DNA of 64,000 bases from Bacteriovoracia bacterium (GTDB taxonomy: Bacteria; Bdellovibrionota; UBA1018; CAIPTA01): positions 1,088,001 to 1,152,000 of the forward strand of contig JBFWVL010000001.1 of the NCBI GenBank assembly GCA_050246755.1. Direction: 5' to 3'. Shown here piece by piece: positions 1-9,486 of the stretch (position 1 is its first letter; every line of letters starts with the position of its first letter). The position numbers were made by a program, and so were the translations under genes. The notes under the pieces were generated by a model. It did no database searches and was not told the origin of the DNA. It saw nothing but the letters and a program-made list of their open reading frames with translations.

Positions 1-348
1 CATATCGGCCAATCCATTCACTACGGGAGCCAACAAGGTGGGCAGATCATCCGCCGAATAAGTTAAATCAGCGTCAGCCATCACGTAGATATCGGCATCT
101 ACTTCGCGGAAAGCCTTGCGAAGCGCATTGGCTTTTCCCGGGCGCGGTTCCCGCAGGATCATTCCGCTTGCACCAAGGGCCTTCAATTGACTGGCCGCCA
201 CCTCAGCGGTGCGATCGGCCGAACGATTATCTACCACCACGATATCGGCCCGCGGCATTTTACGGAAAAATTCGGCCATCGTGGAAGCGATGGTGGATTC
301 TTCGTTGTAAGCTGGGAGAATAACGACAATTTTTTTTTCTGCGCTCAC
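1..348 (-). CDS. Glycosyltransferase family 2 (polyprenol-phosphate sugar synthase-like), 3'-truncated by window edge
   Basis: Not in the ORF track. Manual translation from GTG at 348 (GTGA overlap with upstream stop) gives VSAEKKIVVILPAYNEE...VVVDNRSADRT...GKANALRKAF...YVMADADLTY, with typical GT2 motifs including DxD. Confidence 0.85.
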   Translation of the reverse strand, partial: MSAEKKIVVILPAYNEESTIASTMAEFFRKMPRADIVVVDNRSADRTAEVAASQLKALGASGMILREPRPGKANALRKAFREVDADIYVMADADLTYSADDLPTLLAPVVNGLADM

Positions 349-1295
349 TTCGAACCCGCCACTTTCAGTACTTCGGAATATCTCCGGCCAACCTCGGAAA
401 TCGAAAGCACTCGAATATGCTCGCGATACTCATCTAATTTATCAGCGATTTGCGCAAAAAGCGCGGGCACTTCTTCTACATTATGAAAAGGCTCCCCACC
501 CTTACCCACTAGCTCCGGACTGCTCCCCGAGTCTTTATATACGGACGGCAAGCCCGATGTGAGGGCTTCGATCAACGCATTCGAGCAGCACTCATTCTCG
601 CTCGGCATAAAGTAAATATCCTGCTGCCGGAGAAAAGCGCCTACTTCCTCGCTGCCCCGTGGAGCATATGCTTTAATATTTTTAAACTTAGATTCAATGC
701 GTCCCATAAAACTTAGCTCATACCGGCTGAAATCGAGGTTTTCATCGAGCCAACTGTAGAGGGCCAAACCCTTCTTAGGGTTAGTGGACCAAGAAGTGCC
801 GGCGATCCTGATTTTTCTTTTTTTATCCCGCGCCTGATCGGAACGGAAAAAAAAGGCAGGGTTCACGGCATTAGGAATGATCACGGGCGCCTTAAAGTGA
901 ATATCCAGCGCCTCGTGCATCTCTTTACTGTAGCGGCTCTGCATGATCGTGGCGTCGGCCATTTCTAGGTTCCAATCCGAAATTCGCCTATCAATCGTCG
1001 AATCCGGTAAAGATCGATACACCGAGACCGGGCCGTCTACGCGATGGATGATGCGCAGATTTCTATTTTTGTAGCGTTTTACTTTTTCAAAATCGAAATT
1101 GAAAGAATTCACCAGCAGCACTTTGGTGGCCGGGCCAACACGATTCTGGCTTACCTTAATGCCTTGATTTTCCAGTTCCCGGATCAGCGCCAATAGAAAT
1201 TGATTGCCTCCGCCATAGGGAGGTTTATGGAATTCGTGAATCACGGCAAGCTCGCCACCCGCCGCCCATAATTTTATTCCATGCCAAAAGCTCAC
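345..1295 (-). CDS. GT-B glycosyltransferase (GT4-like)
   Basis: GGGNQF N-terminal motif and C-terminal ECCSNALIEALTSGLP (E-x7-E-like). Start moved to GTG 1295; the ORF track gives 1325. Confidence 0.8.
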   Translation of the reverse strand: MSFWHGIKLWAAGGELAVIHEFHKPPYGGGNQFLLALIRELENQGIKVSQNRVGPATKVLLVNSFNFDFEKVKRYKNRNLRIIHRVDGPVSVYRSLPDSTIDRRISDWNLEMADATIMQSRYSKEMHEALDIHFKAPVIIPNAVNPAFFFRSDQARDKKRKIRIAGTSWSTNPKKGLALYSWLDENLDFSRYELSFMGRIESKFKNIKAYAPRGSEEVGAFLRQQDIYFMPSENECCSNALIEALTSGLPSVYKDSGSSPELVGKGGEPFHNVEEVPALFAQIADKLDEYREHIRVLSISEVGRRYSEVLKVAGSK

Positions 1296-1305
1296 TCGGC
1301 AACTC

Positions 1306-3132
1306 TCACTGCAAGCTCTGCGCATCGCACATGGCGCGGAAATATTTTCCGCTTTTATAGAGCTCCGAAAAACTCCCGGTCTCTACTAGCGAGCCCTCTT
1401 TAAGCACAAAGATCAGATCGCAATTTCGAACCGTGGCAAGACGGTGAGCAATCATCACGATGGTAGTGGTGCCCTTCAATGCATCGATGCTATCCTGTAC
1501 GGCGCGTTCGGATTCAGAATCTAGTGCGCTGGTGGCTTCGTCGAGAATCATCAGGGCCGGCGACTTATAAAGCTCGCGCGCGATAGATAACCTTTGCCGT
1601 TGTCCACCAGAAAGACGAATGCCCCGTTCGCCTACGATTTCCTGCAAGCCACCGGCAAATTTCTCTACGAAGGAAAGACAATTGGCTCGCTTCAGCGCCA
1701 CCCGCACGTTTTCCAGGCCATCCACCGATTGATCCCAGCGCCAGAGAGAAACATTATTGGCCACCGTATCGTCGAAAACCACGCTCTCTTGCGTCACGTA
1801 ACCGATGCGAGCTCGTAACGAATTGCGATCGAGATCACGATAGCTGGTTCCGTCCACCAATACATCTCCCTCGGAGGGAAGCATCAGGCTCGTGAGCATA
1901 TCCACTAACGTTGACTTGCCGGCCCCAGATTCTCCCACAAAGGCCACCATGGAATTGGCAGGAATATGTAAATTTACATTTTTCAAAACTTTCGCCTCTC
2001 CATAGGCGAAGGTAACGTTCTTTAGATCGATACCCGTGCCGATACCCTGAAAGGCTTTTCCGCCTTTCGGCTCGGCCGTTCCACGAAGGTCTTTTAGCGT
2101 CTTGATCAACACGTCTACACCACCCACATAGGAGTTAAATCCCTGCCAAGATCCTTGCAGGGTGGTAGTTTCCCGCATTGCCCGATAGAGGAATAGCATG
2201 GCCACCATCATCGCTTCCACGGTGCGACCGAACACCTGCGTCTGCAGGTAAACCATGCTCCCCAGGAAGGCCACGATCACGGTTTCAGAGCTAGCGGGTA
2301 AAATCGCGGATAAGAACCCAATCCGCGAACCCGCAGCCGCAACTCGTCCGGCACTTTTAGAAATTTTCTTTTGCAGAGGACCCAAGGATCCGGTGGAAAA
2401 AAGATATTTAAAAGACTGCAGCAACTGCACCACGAGCGAACTCATGCTCGATTCGGACTGAGACAATTCGCGCGACGCGGCGGAAGTCCCTTTCATTACC
2501 ATCCGTGCGATTAGCGCGGTGATTACGCCAAACATTCCGGCTAGCACGGTAAATCGCCAATCCACCCGAATGGAGAGAAGAATATAAAGCGAGATAGAAA
2601 TCACCATCGGCACCATCGCTGAAATTTGATAGAAGGCGGTTACCGAGCGATACACTTCGGTGGTCACTAAATGAGTGAAGAAGCCGGAATTGTGCTTAAG
2701 GTATTCGGAATAGCGCATCGAGGCCACGGCTTGCGCGAGGTCTTCATTGATGCCGCCGAGAATTTTTGAGTACAAACGGAAATGATAGCCCTTCCCAATA
2801 AATACCAGCAAGCTTCTCACCGCAAACACCAATACCAGCACGGGAATCACCCGCGTCGGCACAAATTCGATTCCCAGCCATTGAAAAATTTCTATTAGTT
2901 TAGAAATAATCGGCGAGGACTGCGTACCGTTCGCGGCCAAAAACTGGATGTACGCGATGAACGCGGCGATACCAGCTCCTTCGGTGAGCGTGCTAAATAC
3001 GGAAATTCCGCCTAAAATAAGCGCGCGATCACCGGCATAACGGCGAAAGATGCCATAATAGAAAAAATAGCGCCCAAGCAGGGGTATACCCAGCAAGAAG
3101 CTCTTTGATTCCGGCTGATTTTCTTTCATCAA
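1306..3132 (-). CDS. ABC exporter, fused permease/ATPase (PglK/MsbA-like glycolipid flippase)
   Basis: N-terminal TM helices, Walker A GESGAGKS, signature LSGGQRQR, Walker B ILDEATSALD, glycan-cluster context. Confidence 0.85.
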   Translation of the reverse strand: MMKENQPESKSFLLGIPLLGRYFFYYGIFRRYAGDRALILGGISVFSTLTEGAGIAAFIAYIQFLAANGTQSSPIISKLIEIFQWLGIEFVPTRVIPVLVLVFAVRSLLVFIGKGYHFRLYSKILGGINEDLAQAVASMRYSEYLKHNSGFFTHLVTTEVYRSVTAFYQISAMVPMVISISLYILLSIRVDWRFTVLAGMFGVITALIARMVMKGTSAASRELSQSESSMSSLVVQLLQSFKYLFSTGSLGPLQKKISKSAGRVAAAGSRIGFLSAILPASSETVIVAFLGSMVYLQTQVFGRTVEAMMVAMLFLYRAMRETTTLQGSWQGFNSYVGGVDVLIKTLKDLRGTAEPKGGKAFQGIGTGIDLKNVTFAYGEAKVLKNVNLHIPANSMVAFVGESGAGKSTLVDMLTSLMLPSEGDVLVDGTSYRDLDRNSLRARIGYVTQESVVFDDTVANNVSLWRWDQSVDGLENVRVALKRANCLSFVEKFAGGLQEIVGERGIRLSGGQRQRLSIARELYKSPALMILDEATSALDSESERAVQDSIDALKGTTTIVMIAHRLATVRNCDLIFVLKEGSLVETGSFSELYKSGKYFRAMCDAQSLQ

Positions 3133-3292
3133 AAACGGGCCTCGGGAACAGCGTTTCGTCTATAAAAAGGTTTAGACGGATTAGGCACTAAAATCTACCT
3201 TTCCCGATTGGGTTAATGGCAAAATAAAGCGCTGCAACCATGATGAACCTAAGCCAAATTTCTTTCATCAAAATAAAACGCGGAGCGTCGCG

Positions 3293-4375
3293 GTGAATCC
3301 TATTTCCCGCATGGTCATAGGTCTAGGTGCCAATGCCCGCGCCCTTCTGGCAAAACCCTATACCCAATTGCTGGTAGCCACCGATTTTGCCGGATGGTCT
3401 CTCGATGAAGATACTAGGGAACTAGTCGCTATTTCCAAAAAACTCGGCCTCACCGCCTATCGGGCCCATCGCCCGCTTTCCCGGCTAGAGCAATGCGTAC
3501 ACTATAGTTCTTTTTTTTCGCTAGAAGATCCCCGTGTCTTTCAAGGAAAGCACCGGGTTAGCGTGGACTACTATCATGGCAAACCGGAACAGGATCCGGC
3601 ATTCCGCGCTGTGTTCGATACGATAAAAAAGCATGCCAACGCCCTTCACCGGGTTCGAATCTCCTATTCGGGAATGTTGCCGGTGGCCGAAAACGCGGGC
3701 GTTCCTCGCGATCGCATTCATTTGATCCCGATTGCGGTAAATCGCGGTTATTTTCAGCCGCAAACCCGTGAAAGAAAAATTTCTCAAAGGAAAATCCTCG
3801 GAATTCCCCAAAGCTCCGTGGTGATCGGCTCATTCCAGAAAGACGGGCAAGGATGGGGTGAAGGCCTGGAGCCCAAGTGGGTAAAAGGCCCGGACGTTCT
3901 CTTACGCACGCTCACGCAGCTCAAAGAAAAAATTCCCGAGCTTTACGTGCTGCTCACCGGTCCGGCCCGCGGATACGTGAAAAGCGGGTTGGAAAAGGCC
4001 GGAATTCCTTATCGTCACGTTTTGCTGGAACACTATGCAGACCTAGGAAAATTCTATCAGGCACTCGATCTCTACCTAGTAACGAGCCGCGAAGAGGGGG
4101 GTCCAAAGGCAGTGCTGGAATCCATGGCTTCGGGTATTCCGCTCGTTACCACCAAGGTAGGCCAAGCGATGGATCTTGTTCGCCACCGCGAAAATGGAAT
4201 GATGGCCGAGGTAGAAGACGCAGACGCGATTGCCTCTTTTGCGCTTCAGGCGCTCAACGAGACCGCACTGAGCAAAAAAATAATTGAGAATGGGCTTCTC
4301 ACGGCAGCCGCGAATACATACGAATCCCAATTGCCGCTCTGGAAAAAATATTTCACGGGTTACCTGAATTTTTAG
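3293..4375 (+). CDS. Glycosyltransferase family 4
   Basis: KGPD and SREEGGPKAVLESMASGIPLV motifs. Confidence 0.85.
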   Translation: MNPISRMVIGLGANARALLAKPYTQLLVATDFAGWSLDEDTRELVAISKKLGLTAYRAHRPLSRLEQCVHYSSFFSLEDPRVFQGKHRVSVDYYHGKPEQDPAFRAVFDTIKKHANALHRVRISYSGMLPVAENAGVPRDRIHLIPIAVNRGYFQPQTRERKISQRKILGIPQSSVVIGSFQKDGQGWGEGLEPKWVKGPDVLLRTLTQLKEKIPELYVLLTGPARGYVKSGLEKAGIPYRHVLLEHYADLGKFYQALDLYLVTSREEGGPKAVLESMASGIPLVTTKVGQAMDLVRHRENGMMAEVEDADAIASFALQALNETALSKKIIENGLLTAAANTYESQLPLWKKYFTGYLNF

Positions 4376-5134
4376 CTATTTCCGCCGGAAAATAACCGAG
4401 GCTTGCACCGACTCGCCGGTATTCTTTTCGGGGTCGCGTGGCAGTTTATCTTGAAATTCCAAAATTTCGAACTGCTGTGAGATTAGCTCCCGCATCATGG
4501 CCGGCTCGATGAAAAGGCTGCAATCGCGCAGCTGAAAATCTTCCGGCTTGGTTACGGTCACTCCGCGGTCCGGATTTTTTCCAAAATAGATATGCGCGTA
4601 GCCATTTTTCTTCAAAATGCGCCTTATGGCGTCAAGGTAAAATCTCACTTCATCTACGCTGTCGAAATGTTGAAACACGATGAAGCTATAAACAAAGTCT
4701 ATCGACTCATCGGGCACGCCTGAGATCTCATTGCGCAAGAATAGTTTGGGATTCTCCACGCCGTTCATGCGCAGAAACTCACGCGACTTATCGAAAGCAC
4801 CGTGAATATCCACGCCGTAGACCTCACGGAACTCCTTGGCTGCTTGATGTAAAAGCCGGCCGGCACCGAATCCGATCTCGAGCGCGGCACCTTTGTCTAC
4901 CTTGTTAAACTGGGGAGACAGCTGAAAACGATAGTGCCAGTCGCGCTGGGCCTTTTCCAGGCATTCGGCCACCGAGGCGGTGGTATCGAACCAATTCAAG
5001 AAATCCACCATATTTCCCAGCGCGGCGGGAGTGGAGGTCCAGGAATCCTTGACGTCAATGGATTTCCCTAAGAACTTCGAGAGGAACTTTTTCCTTAGGA
5101 TATTCCACTTCATCCGGGTTTCAGGAAGGAACAT
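4376..5134 (-). CDS. Class I SAM-dependent methyltransferase
   Basis: LEIGFGAGRL motif I, GVDI, SIDFVYSFIVFQH, RILKKNG. Confidence 0.85.
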   Translation of the reverse strand: MFLPETRMKWNILRKKFLSKFLGKSIDVKDSWTSTPAALGNMVDFLNWFDTTASVAECLEKAQRDWHYRFQLSPQFNKVDKGAALEIGFGAGRLLHQAAKEFREVYGVDIHGAFDKSREFLRMNGVENPKLFLRNEISGVPDESIDFVYSFIVFQHFDSVDEVRFYLDAIRRILKKNGYAHIYFGKNPDRGVTVTKPEDFQLRDCSLFIEPAMMRELISQQFEILEFQDKLPRDPEKNTGESVQASVIFRRK

Positions 5135-5143
5135 ACGCGCGCC

Positions 5144-5809
5144 TCATTTCGTTGCCACCACGAAGTATCCCGTGGTGAGGGAAGAACGTTGTTTTCTAAA
5201 AATTTTCTCCACCAGCCAAAAAAGAGGCTCGGCAAAATATAGCAGCTTACGCGAGATCTTCACCGAAAGCTTTCGTTGGCCCGGGTGTGCGTATCCCGTA
5301 GCGGCTTCGAGGGCGTCGAACAGAATCGCGCCCAGACCGCCCATTTCGCTAATCGAAAAATTGCGGAATCCGGCTCGGCTAAGCAAAAGGGCAGTGCCCG
5401 CCCGAGTGAAACGGAAAAAATCCTGTTCTGCATCTCCATGCACCGGGCATTGTAGCGGAACCGATAGTATCAACCGCCCGCCCTGTACGAGCAGGCGGTT
5501 CATTTCCGTAAGGGCAGCGGCGGGATTCGAAACGTACTCCAATACTTCCGTCATCACGATCAAATCAAAGCTGCTGTCGGTGGCCGGAATACTTTCCGCT
5601 CCCGCCAGGAAATCGGGCTCCGCGGCGGCGTCCGGATTGGCATATTTCCAAGAGCTCACTTGACCCAGTGGCGGGCGAAAGCGGCCGCGCTTATTCGATT
5701 TCCGCCCTCCCACGTCCAGCACACGACCGGCCATCGTCGGCAACAATGCTTCCAGCTCGGCATCGAGGTATTCCCGCCGAAAAGTAATCATAGGTCGCGC
5801 ACGAAACAA
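5144..5809 (-). CDS. Class I SAM-dependent methyltransferase (Methyltransf_11-like)
   Basis: VLDVGG, SFDLIVMTEVLEY, RLLVQGGRL. Confidence 0.85.
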   Translation of the reverse strand: MFRARPMITFRREYLDAELEALLPTMAGRVLDVGGRKSNKRGRFRPPLGQVSSWKYANPDAAAEPDFLAGAESIPATDSSFDLIVMTEVLEYVSNPAAALTEMNRLLVQGGRLILSVPLQCPVHGDAEQDFFRFTRAGTALLLSRAGFRNFSISEMGGLGAILFDALEAATGYAHPGQRKLSVKISRKLLYFAEPLFWLVEKIFRKQRSSLTTGYFVVATK

Positions 5810-6528
5810 AATTCCGTGTCCTTTGGGTATTCAATGATTTTTTTTTGCAGCCATGCGGCGCCTTCGAGCACGATTTCGCGGTCGTGGAAAGAGAGCACCT
5901 GTTCGTTTCCTACCACGCGAACTGGCGCGGGAGCGGGCAGCTTGGGGTTATGGCAATTCACCACTTTGATCCCATTCCGACGACAAGCTTCCAGCGTGGC
6001 TGCAGCGTAAACATTCCCCGGCGGGACATAAGAGGTGATTTTTTCCCCGAAATATTTTTCCAAAATTTCCAGTGAGCGGGTCACCGAAGCGTGATGCACG
6101 GGGTCCGGGACCCAGTTCCAGAATTCCCGGTGGAAAGTTCGGTTGCTTCCCAGAAACCGGGGCCGGAATCTTCCTCCGTCCACGATACAATGAGTAAGGC
6201 CATGCCCGGCGATCTCGAGCAGACCTTCTTCCATTCCGGCCTTTAGTATCCGGGCTTCCTCAGGAAATTTTTCGGGAAACGGCGTAAGCGAAGCGTCGTC
6301 CTCTACCCAGCAGCCCGTGATGGCCACGGTGAGCTTGGCTTTCTGCTCGCGCAGCAGGGCGTATACTTCTTCCCACTCTTTCACCGTCATCTCACGGTAC
6401 GGCCCCCATGCCCCGAATAGGCGGCGGTCTTTGAGGATTCCCACGTTTAGCCAGCGATTGCGGGTATATTGCTCGAACTGCTTGGTACTGGCTCCGATAT
6501 CATCGATTCGCAGCGCTATTTTTGCCAT
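5788..6528 (-). CDS. Polysaccharide deacetylase family (NodB/CE4-like)
   Basis: LRIDDIG catalytic DD motif, EIAGHGLTH metal motif, YVPPGN. Confidence 0.75.
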   Translation of the reverse strand: MAKIALRIDDIGASTKQFEQYTRNRWLNVGILKDRRLFGAWGPYREMTVKEWEEVYALLREQKAKLTVAITGCWVEDDASLTPFPEKFPEEARILKAGMEEGLLEIAGHGLTHCIVDGGRFRPRFLGSNRTFHREFWNWVPDPVHHASVTRSLEILEKYFGEKITSYVPPGNVYAAATLEACRRNGIKVVNCHNPKLPAPAPVRVVGNEQVLSFHDREIVLEGAAWLQKKIIEYPKDTEFCFVRDL

Positions 6529-7317
6529 CTATGCCTTCAGCATCATGCGGCCAGTATAATCGATTCGCTGTAGAAGCGGATGGACTCCCTTAGCAGCGAA
6601 ATACTCATCGGCCGCCTTGCGCGCGCCGAGCCAGTGGCCGTAATCATCGAGAATCAAAACTCCGCGGGCCGCGAGCAAAGGATACAAATGCTCCATCTCG
6701 TGCTTGGTGGATTCGTACCAATCCGTGTCCAAGCGAAGCAGCGAGATGGTTTTAGGGATCTGCGAAGGTATCGTTTCCTCTACCTTTCCCTGAATAAGAT
6801 GAACTTTCGCGCTGGGATATCCGGTAGCAAGAATATTCTTACGCACCTCTTCGATGCCCGCATAGCACCAGTCGTTATGATCCTCGCGCTGCTGCTTATC
6901 GAATTTAGGCTGCGCGCTCTTCCCGGAATGGCTTACATCGGAATCCGTAGGGGCGCTCATGCCGGAAAAAGTATCGTAGAGATATAAATCCCGATCGGTT
7001 TTGCCAAGGGCCAACAAGGTATAAGCCATCACCATGGAGCTTCCGCCGCGCCATACTCCGCATTCCACGAAATCGCCGGAAAGATTATTTTGCACAACGT
7101 AGCGAACCGCTTGCCAGACCGAGAACATTCGCTCGGCGGAGGTCATGGTGAAAGGACGGCAAAGCTCGTGAATTTTGCGAAACTCTGGATCGAAATCCGG
7201 CGGCAGCGGTTCCACGGCGCGTAGTCTCCGGATCTCAAATCCGAGCGCGCGGAACGGGGCCTGAATCGACTGTTTAAGTTTTTCCACAAACCTTCCTTCC
7301 ATAGCCAACAACGCCAA
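6529..7317 (-). CDS. TylF/MycF/NovP family sugar O-methyltransferase
   Basis: GDFVECGVWRGGS, YDTFSGM, LLRLDTDWYEST, ILDDYG. Confidence 0.92.
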   Translation of the reverse strand: MALLAMEGRFVEKLKQSIQAPFRALGFEIRRLRAVEPLPPDFDPEFRKIHELCRPFTMTSAERMFSVWQAVRYVVQNNLSGDFVECGVWRGGSSMVMAYTLLALGKTDRDLYLYDTFSGMSAPTDSDVSHSGKSAQPKFDKQQREDHNDWCYAGIEEVRKNILATGYPSAKVHLIQGKVEETIPSQIPKTISLLRLDTDWYESTKHEMEHLYPLLAARGVLILDDYGHWLGARKAADEYFAAKGVHPLLQRIDYTGRMMLKA

Positions 7318-7457
7318 GCGTCGGAGTTGAGCTGGGAGATCGAGAGCAATAAGGGGTTTTATCGCTCGGAGAGGGCCGGGGTCAAGGTGGAGGAGGCGTC
7401 CATTTCACTCTTGAATATGGTAGAACACCGGAAACGGACAAATACTTCGAGGGTAAG

Positions 7458-8120
7458 ATGACCTACTCCACCGATTGGGAAGACCGCTACCGAGAAGGGG
7501 CTCAAAAAAGCCTCTGGCCATGGTCCGATCTGATTTCCGCCGTAATGCGTCACGCGCGGCCCCAAAATAAAGAGTACCGAGTTTTGGAGCTTGGCCCCGG
7601 CCTCGGTGCGAATATCCCTTTTTTTGAATCCCTCGGCGTGGACTATTGGGGACTAGACGGTAGCGAATCAGCCGTTTCCGCGATTGCAGAGCGCTTTCCG
7701 AAATACGCGGCTAATATCCGGCAGGGAGATTTTTCCCGCCCCCTCCCCTACGAAACCTGCTTCGACGCGGTTATCGATCGGGCCGCCGTGACTCATAATT
7801 CCCGGGAGTCTATACTTTCCATCATCCGGGAGGTGCATCGCGTGCTTAAGCCGGGAGGCAAGTTCGTGGGGATCGACTGGTTTTCGAAAAGCTATTCGGA
7901 ATTCAAGAAAAGCTCAGGTACGGATCCACATACCCGAAAATTTAATCAAGGCCCCTTCGCCAATCTGGGTCTGGTCCATTTTTCCGACCAAGAGGACCTG
8001 AACGAAATTTTTAAAGATTTCCGCTTTCTCCTTCTGGAAGAAAAAATCATGCGCCGTGAAATTCCCGCAGACTCTTTCGTCTACGCCAGCTGGAATTTAG
8101 TGGCGGAGAAAGTGAAGTAG
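7458..8120 (+). CDS. Class I SAM-dependent methyltransferase
   Basis: VLELGPGLGAN, FDAVIDRAAVTH, RVLKPGG. Confidence 0.85.
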   Translation: MTYSTDWEDRYREGAQKSLWPWSDLISAVMRHARPQNKEYRVLELGPGLGANIPFFESLGVDYWGLDGSESAVSAIAERFPKYAANIRQGDFSRPLPYETCFDAVIDRAAVTHNSRESILSIIREVHRVLKPGGKFVGIDWFSKSYSEFKKSSGTDPHTRKFNQGPFANLGLVHFSDQEDLNEIFKDFRFLLLEEKIMRREIPADSFVYASWNLVAEKVK

Positions 8121-8123
8121 ATT

Positions 8124-9485
8124 TTGAAAAAAATCGTCTTCGTTATCGAGCGAATCCTGATCAACAAATGGTACGCGCCTTTGATCGATCAGGCCCTCTC
8201 ACGTGGTTTCACCGTAGAATGCTGGCTCGATCAAAAAGATATTTCGCAAACCACCAAATGGTACGAAACCCCTTCTGCGGAAAAGATGCCGAGATTTTCT
8301 AGCGGCACTCCGAGCTACCGCGACTATAGCGGCGATGCGGAACTTGCGCGTCTAACCGAAAATGCAGGCGACATCATTCTATTCACGGATCGCCCACCGA
8401 ACTGCGAAAAGCCGGATAACCAGCTGTGGGCTCACGTGGTCACTACCTATTTCGACTCCTACGCCAGCCTGGCGCCGAAAACTTTAGATAAGTTCGATTT
8501 CGTCTATTGCGCCACGGAATATTGGGCCAAGGCCGCAGAAACTTTTTATCTCCTTTCCAAAAGGGCCGAGCCTAACTCTCCCGAAATCTTGAGCCTCAGA
8601 AAAAAACTAGTCCCGCTCGGCGTACCCCAGTTCGATCACTTCGCCATGATCGACCGAAATGCGGTTCGCAAAAAAATGGGAATTCCTCCCGATGCTAAAG
8701 TGGTGACCGTGTACGTGTTCGAACCCGGCATTACTTATTGGGCCCAGCGCATTTTCTGGGTGCCGGAGCTTTGGAAACGCTTGCTGCACATCCTGATCTT
8801 ACCGATCAGTTACGAGCGATTTTACAGCAAAGTGGGAAAAGCGAAATTCTGGAAGATGCTTTGGTGGTCGATCGTGGAAAGACCCGGTTACCTAGCCGCT
8901 GCTTTTCGCGACCCCTCGGAAAAAGAAGTGCTCTTTAAGATCAAAGAATTCTGTGCGCGGAACGGCTATTTCCTGCTTTTTAAGTACCGAAAAAAATACC
9001 ACACCCCTCGTCCGTATCAGGTGGGACTAGCCGATCACACCCTCTATGAGGACCCCGATTATTATCCTTACACTTCCGCGCAAGTAATCGCCGCTTCCGA
9101 CCTGCTCATTGCCAATTTTTCCACCGCGGTGGGTGAGGCCGCCTATTACGGCGTACCCTCAATCCATCTCGTGCCCCTGGAAGCCAAGTGGCAGCTCGAG
9201 CATCAATATCGTTTAGTGTACAAAGAAAATTCGGCCGAGCTCGCACACGCCTTCTGGAATATCATTCACAACAACGCTCCCGGAAATTTCTACAATTTTC
9301 CCGGCGTAGTGAATAATATGACCGTGAATGAGCTGGTGAGAGAGCTGCCTAAGCGCAAGCTCGAAGATTTCCCGGTGAATAAAGAGGCCGCCGTCCAGTA
9401 CCGCCGCAAGTTTTTATCACCTTCCGACGAGCCTTCGGCAAAACTGATTCTGAATCATATTCAGCGGCAAAAAGGCTGGGCTTAA
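8124..9485 (+). CDS. Putative GT-B fold transferase of unknown family
   Basis: C-terminal SDLLIANFSTAVGEAAYYGVPSI resembles the nucleotide-binding end of CDP-glycerol/capsule-type GT-B transferases. Confidence 0.55.
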   Translation: MKKIVFVIERILINKWYAPLIDQALSRGFTVECWLDQKDISQTTKWYETPSAEKMPRFSSGTPSYRDYSGDAELARLTENAGDIILFTDRPPNCEKPDNQLWAHVVTTYFDSYASLAPKTLDKFDFVYCATEYWAKAAETFYLLSKRAEPNSPEILSLRKKLVPLGVPQFDHFAMIDRNAVRKKMGIPPDAKVVTVYVFEPGITYWAQRIFWVPELWKRLLHILILPISYERFYSKVGKAKFWKMLWWSIVERPGYLAAAFRDPSEKEVLFKIKEFCARNGYFLLFKYRKKYHTPRPYQVGLADHTLYEDPDYYPYTSAQVIAASDLLIANFSTAVGEAAYYGVPSIHLVPLEAKWQLEHQYRLVYKENSAELAHAFWNIIHNNAPGNFYNFPGVVNNMTVNELVRELPKRKLEDFPVNKEAAVQYRRKFLSPSDEPSAKLILNHIQRQKGWA

Positions 9486-9486
9486 T

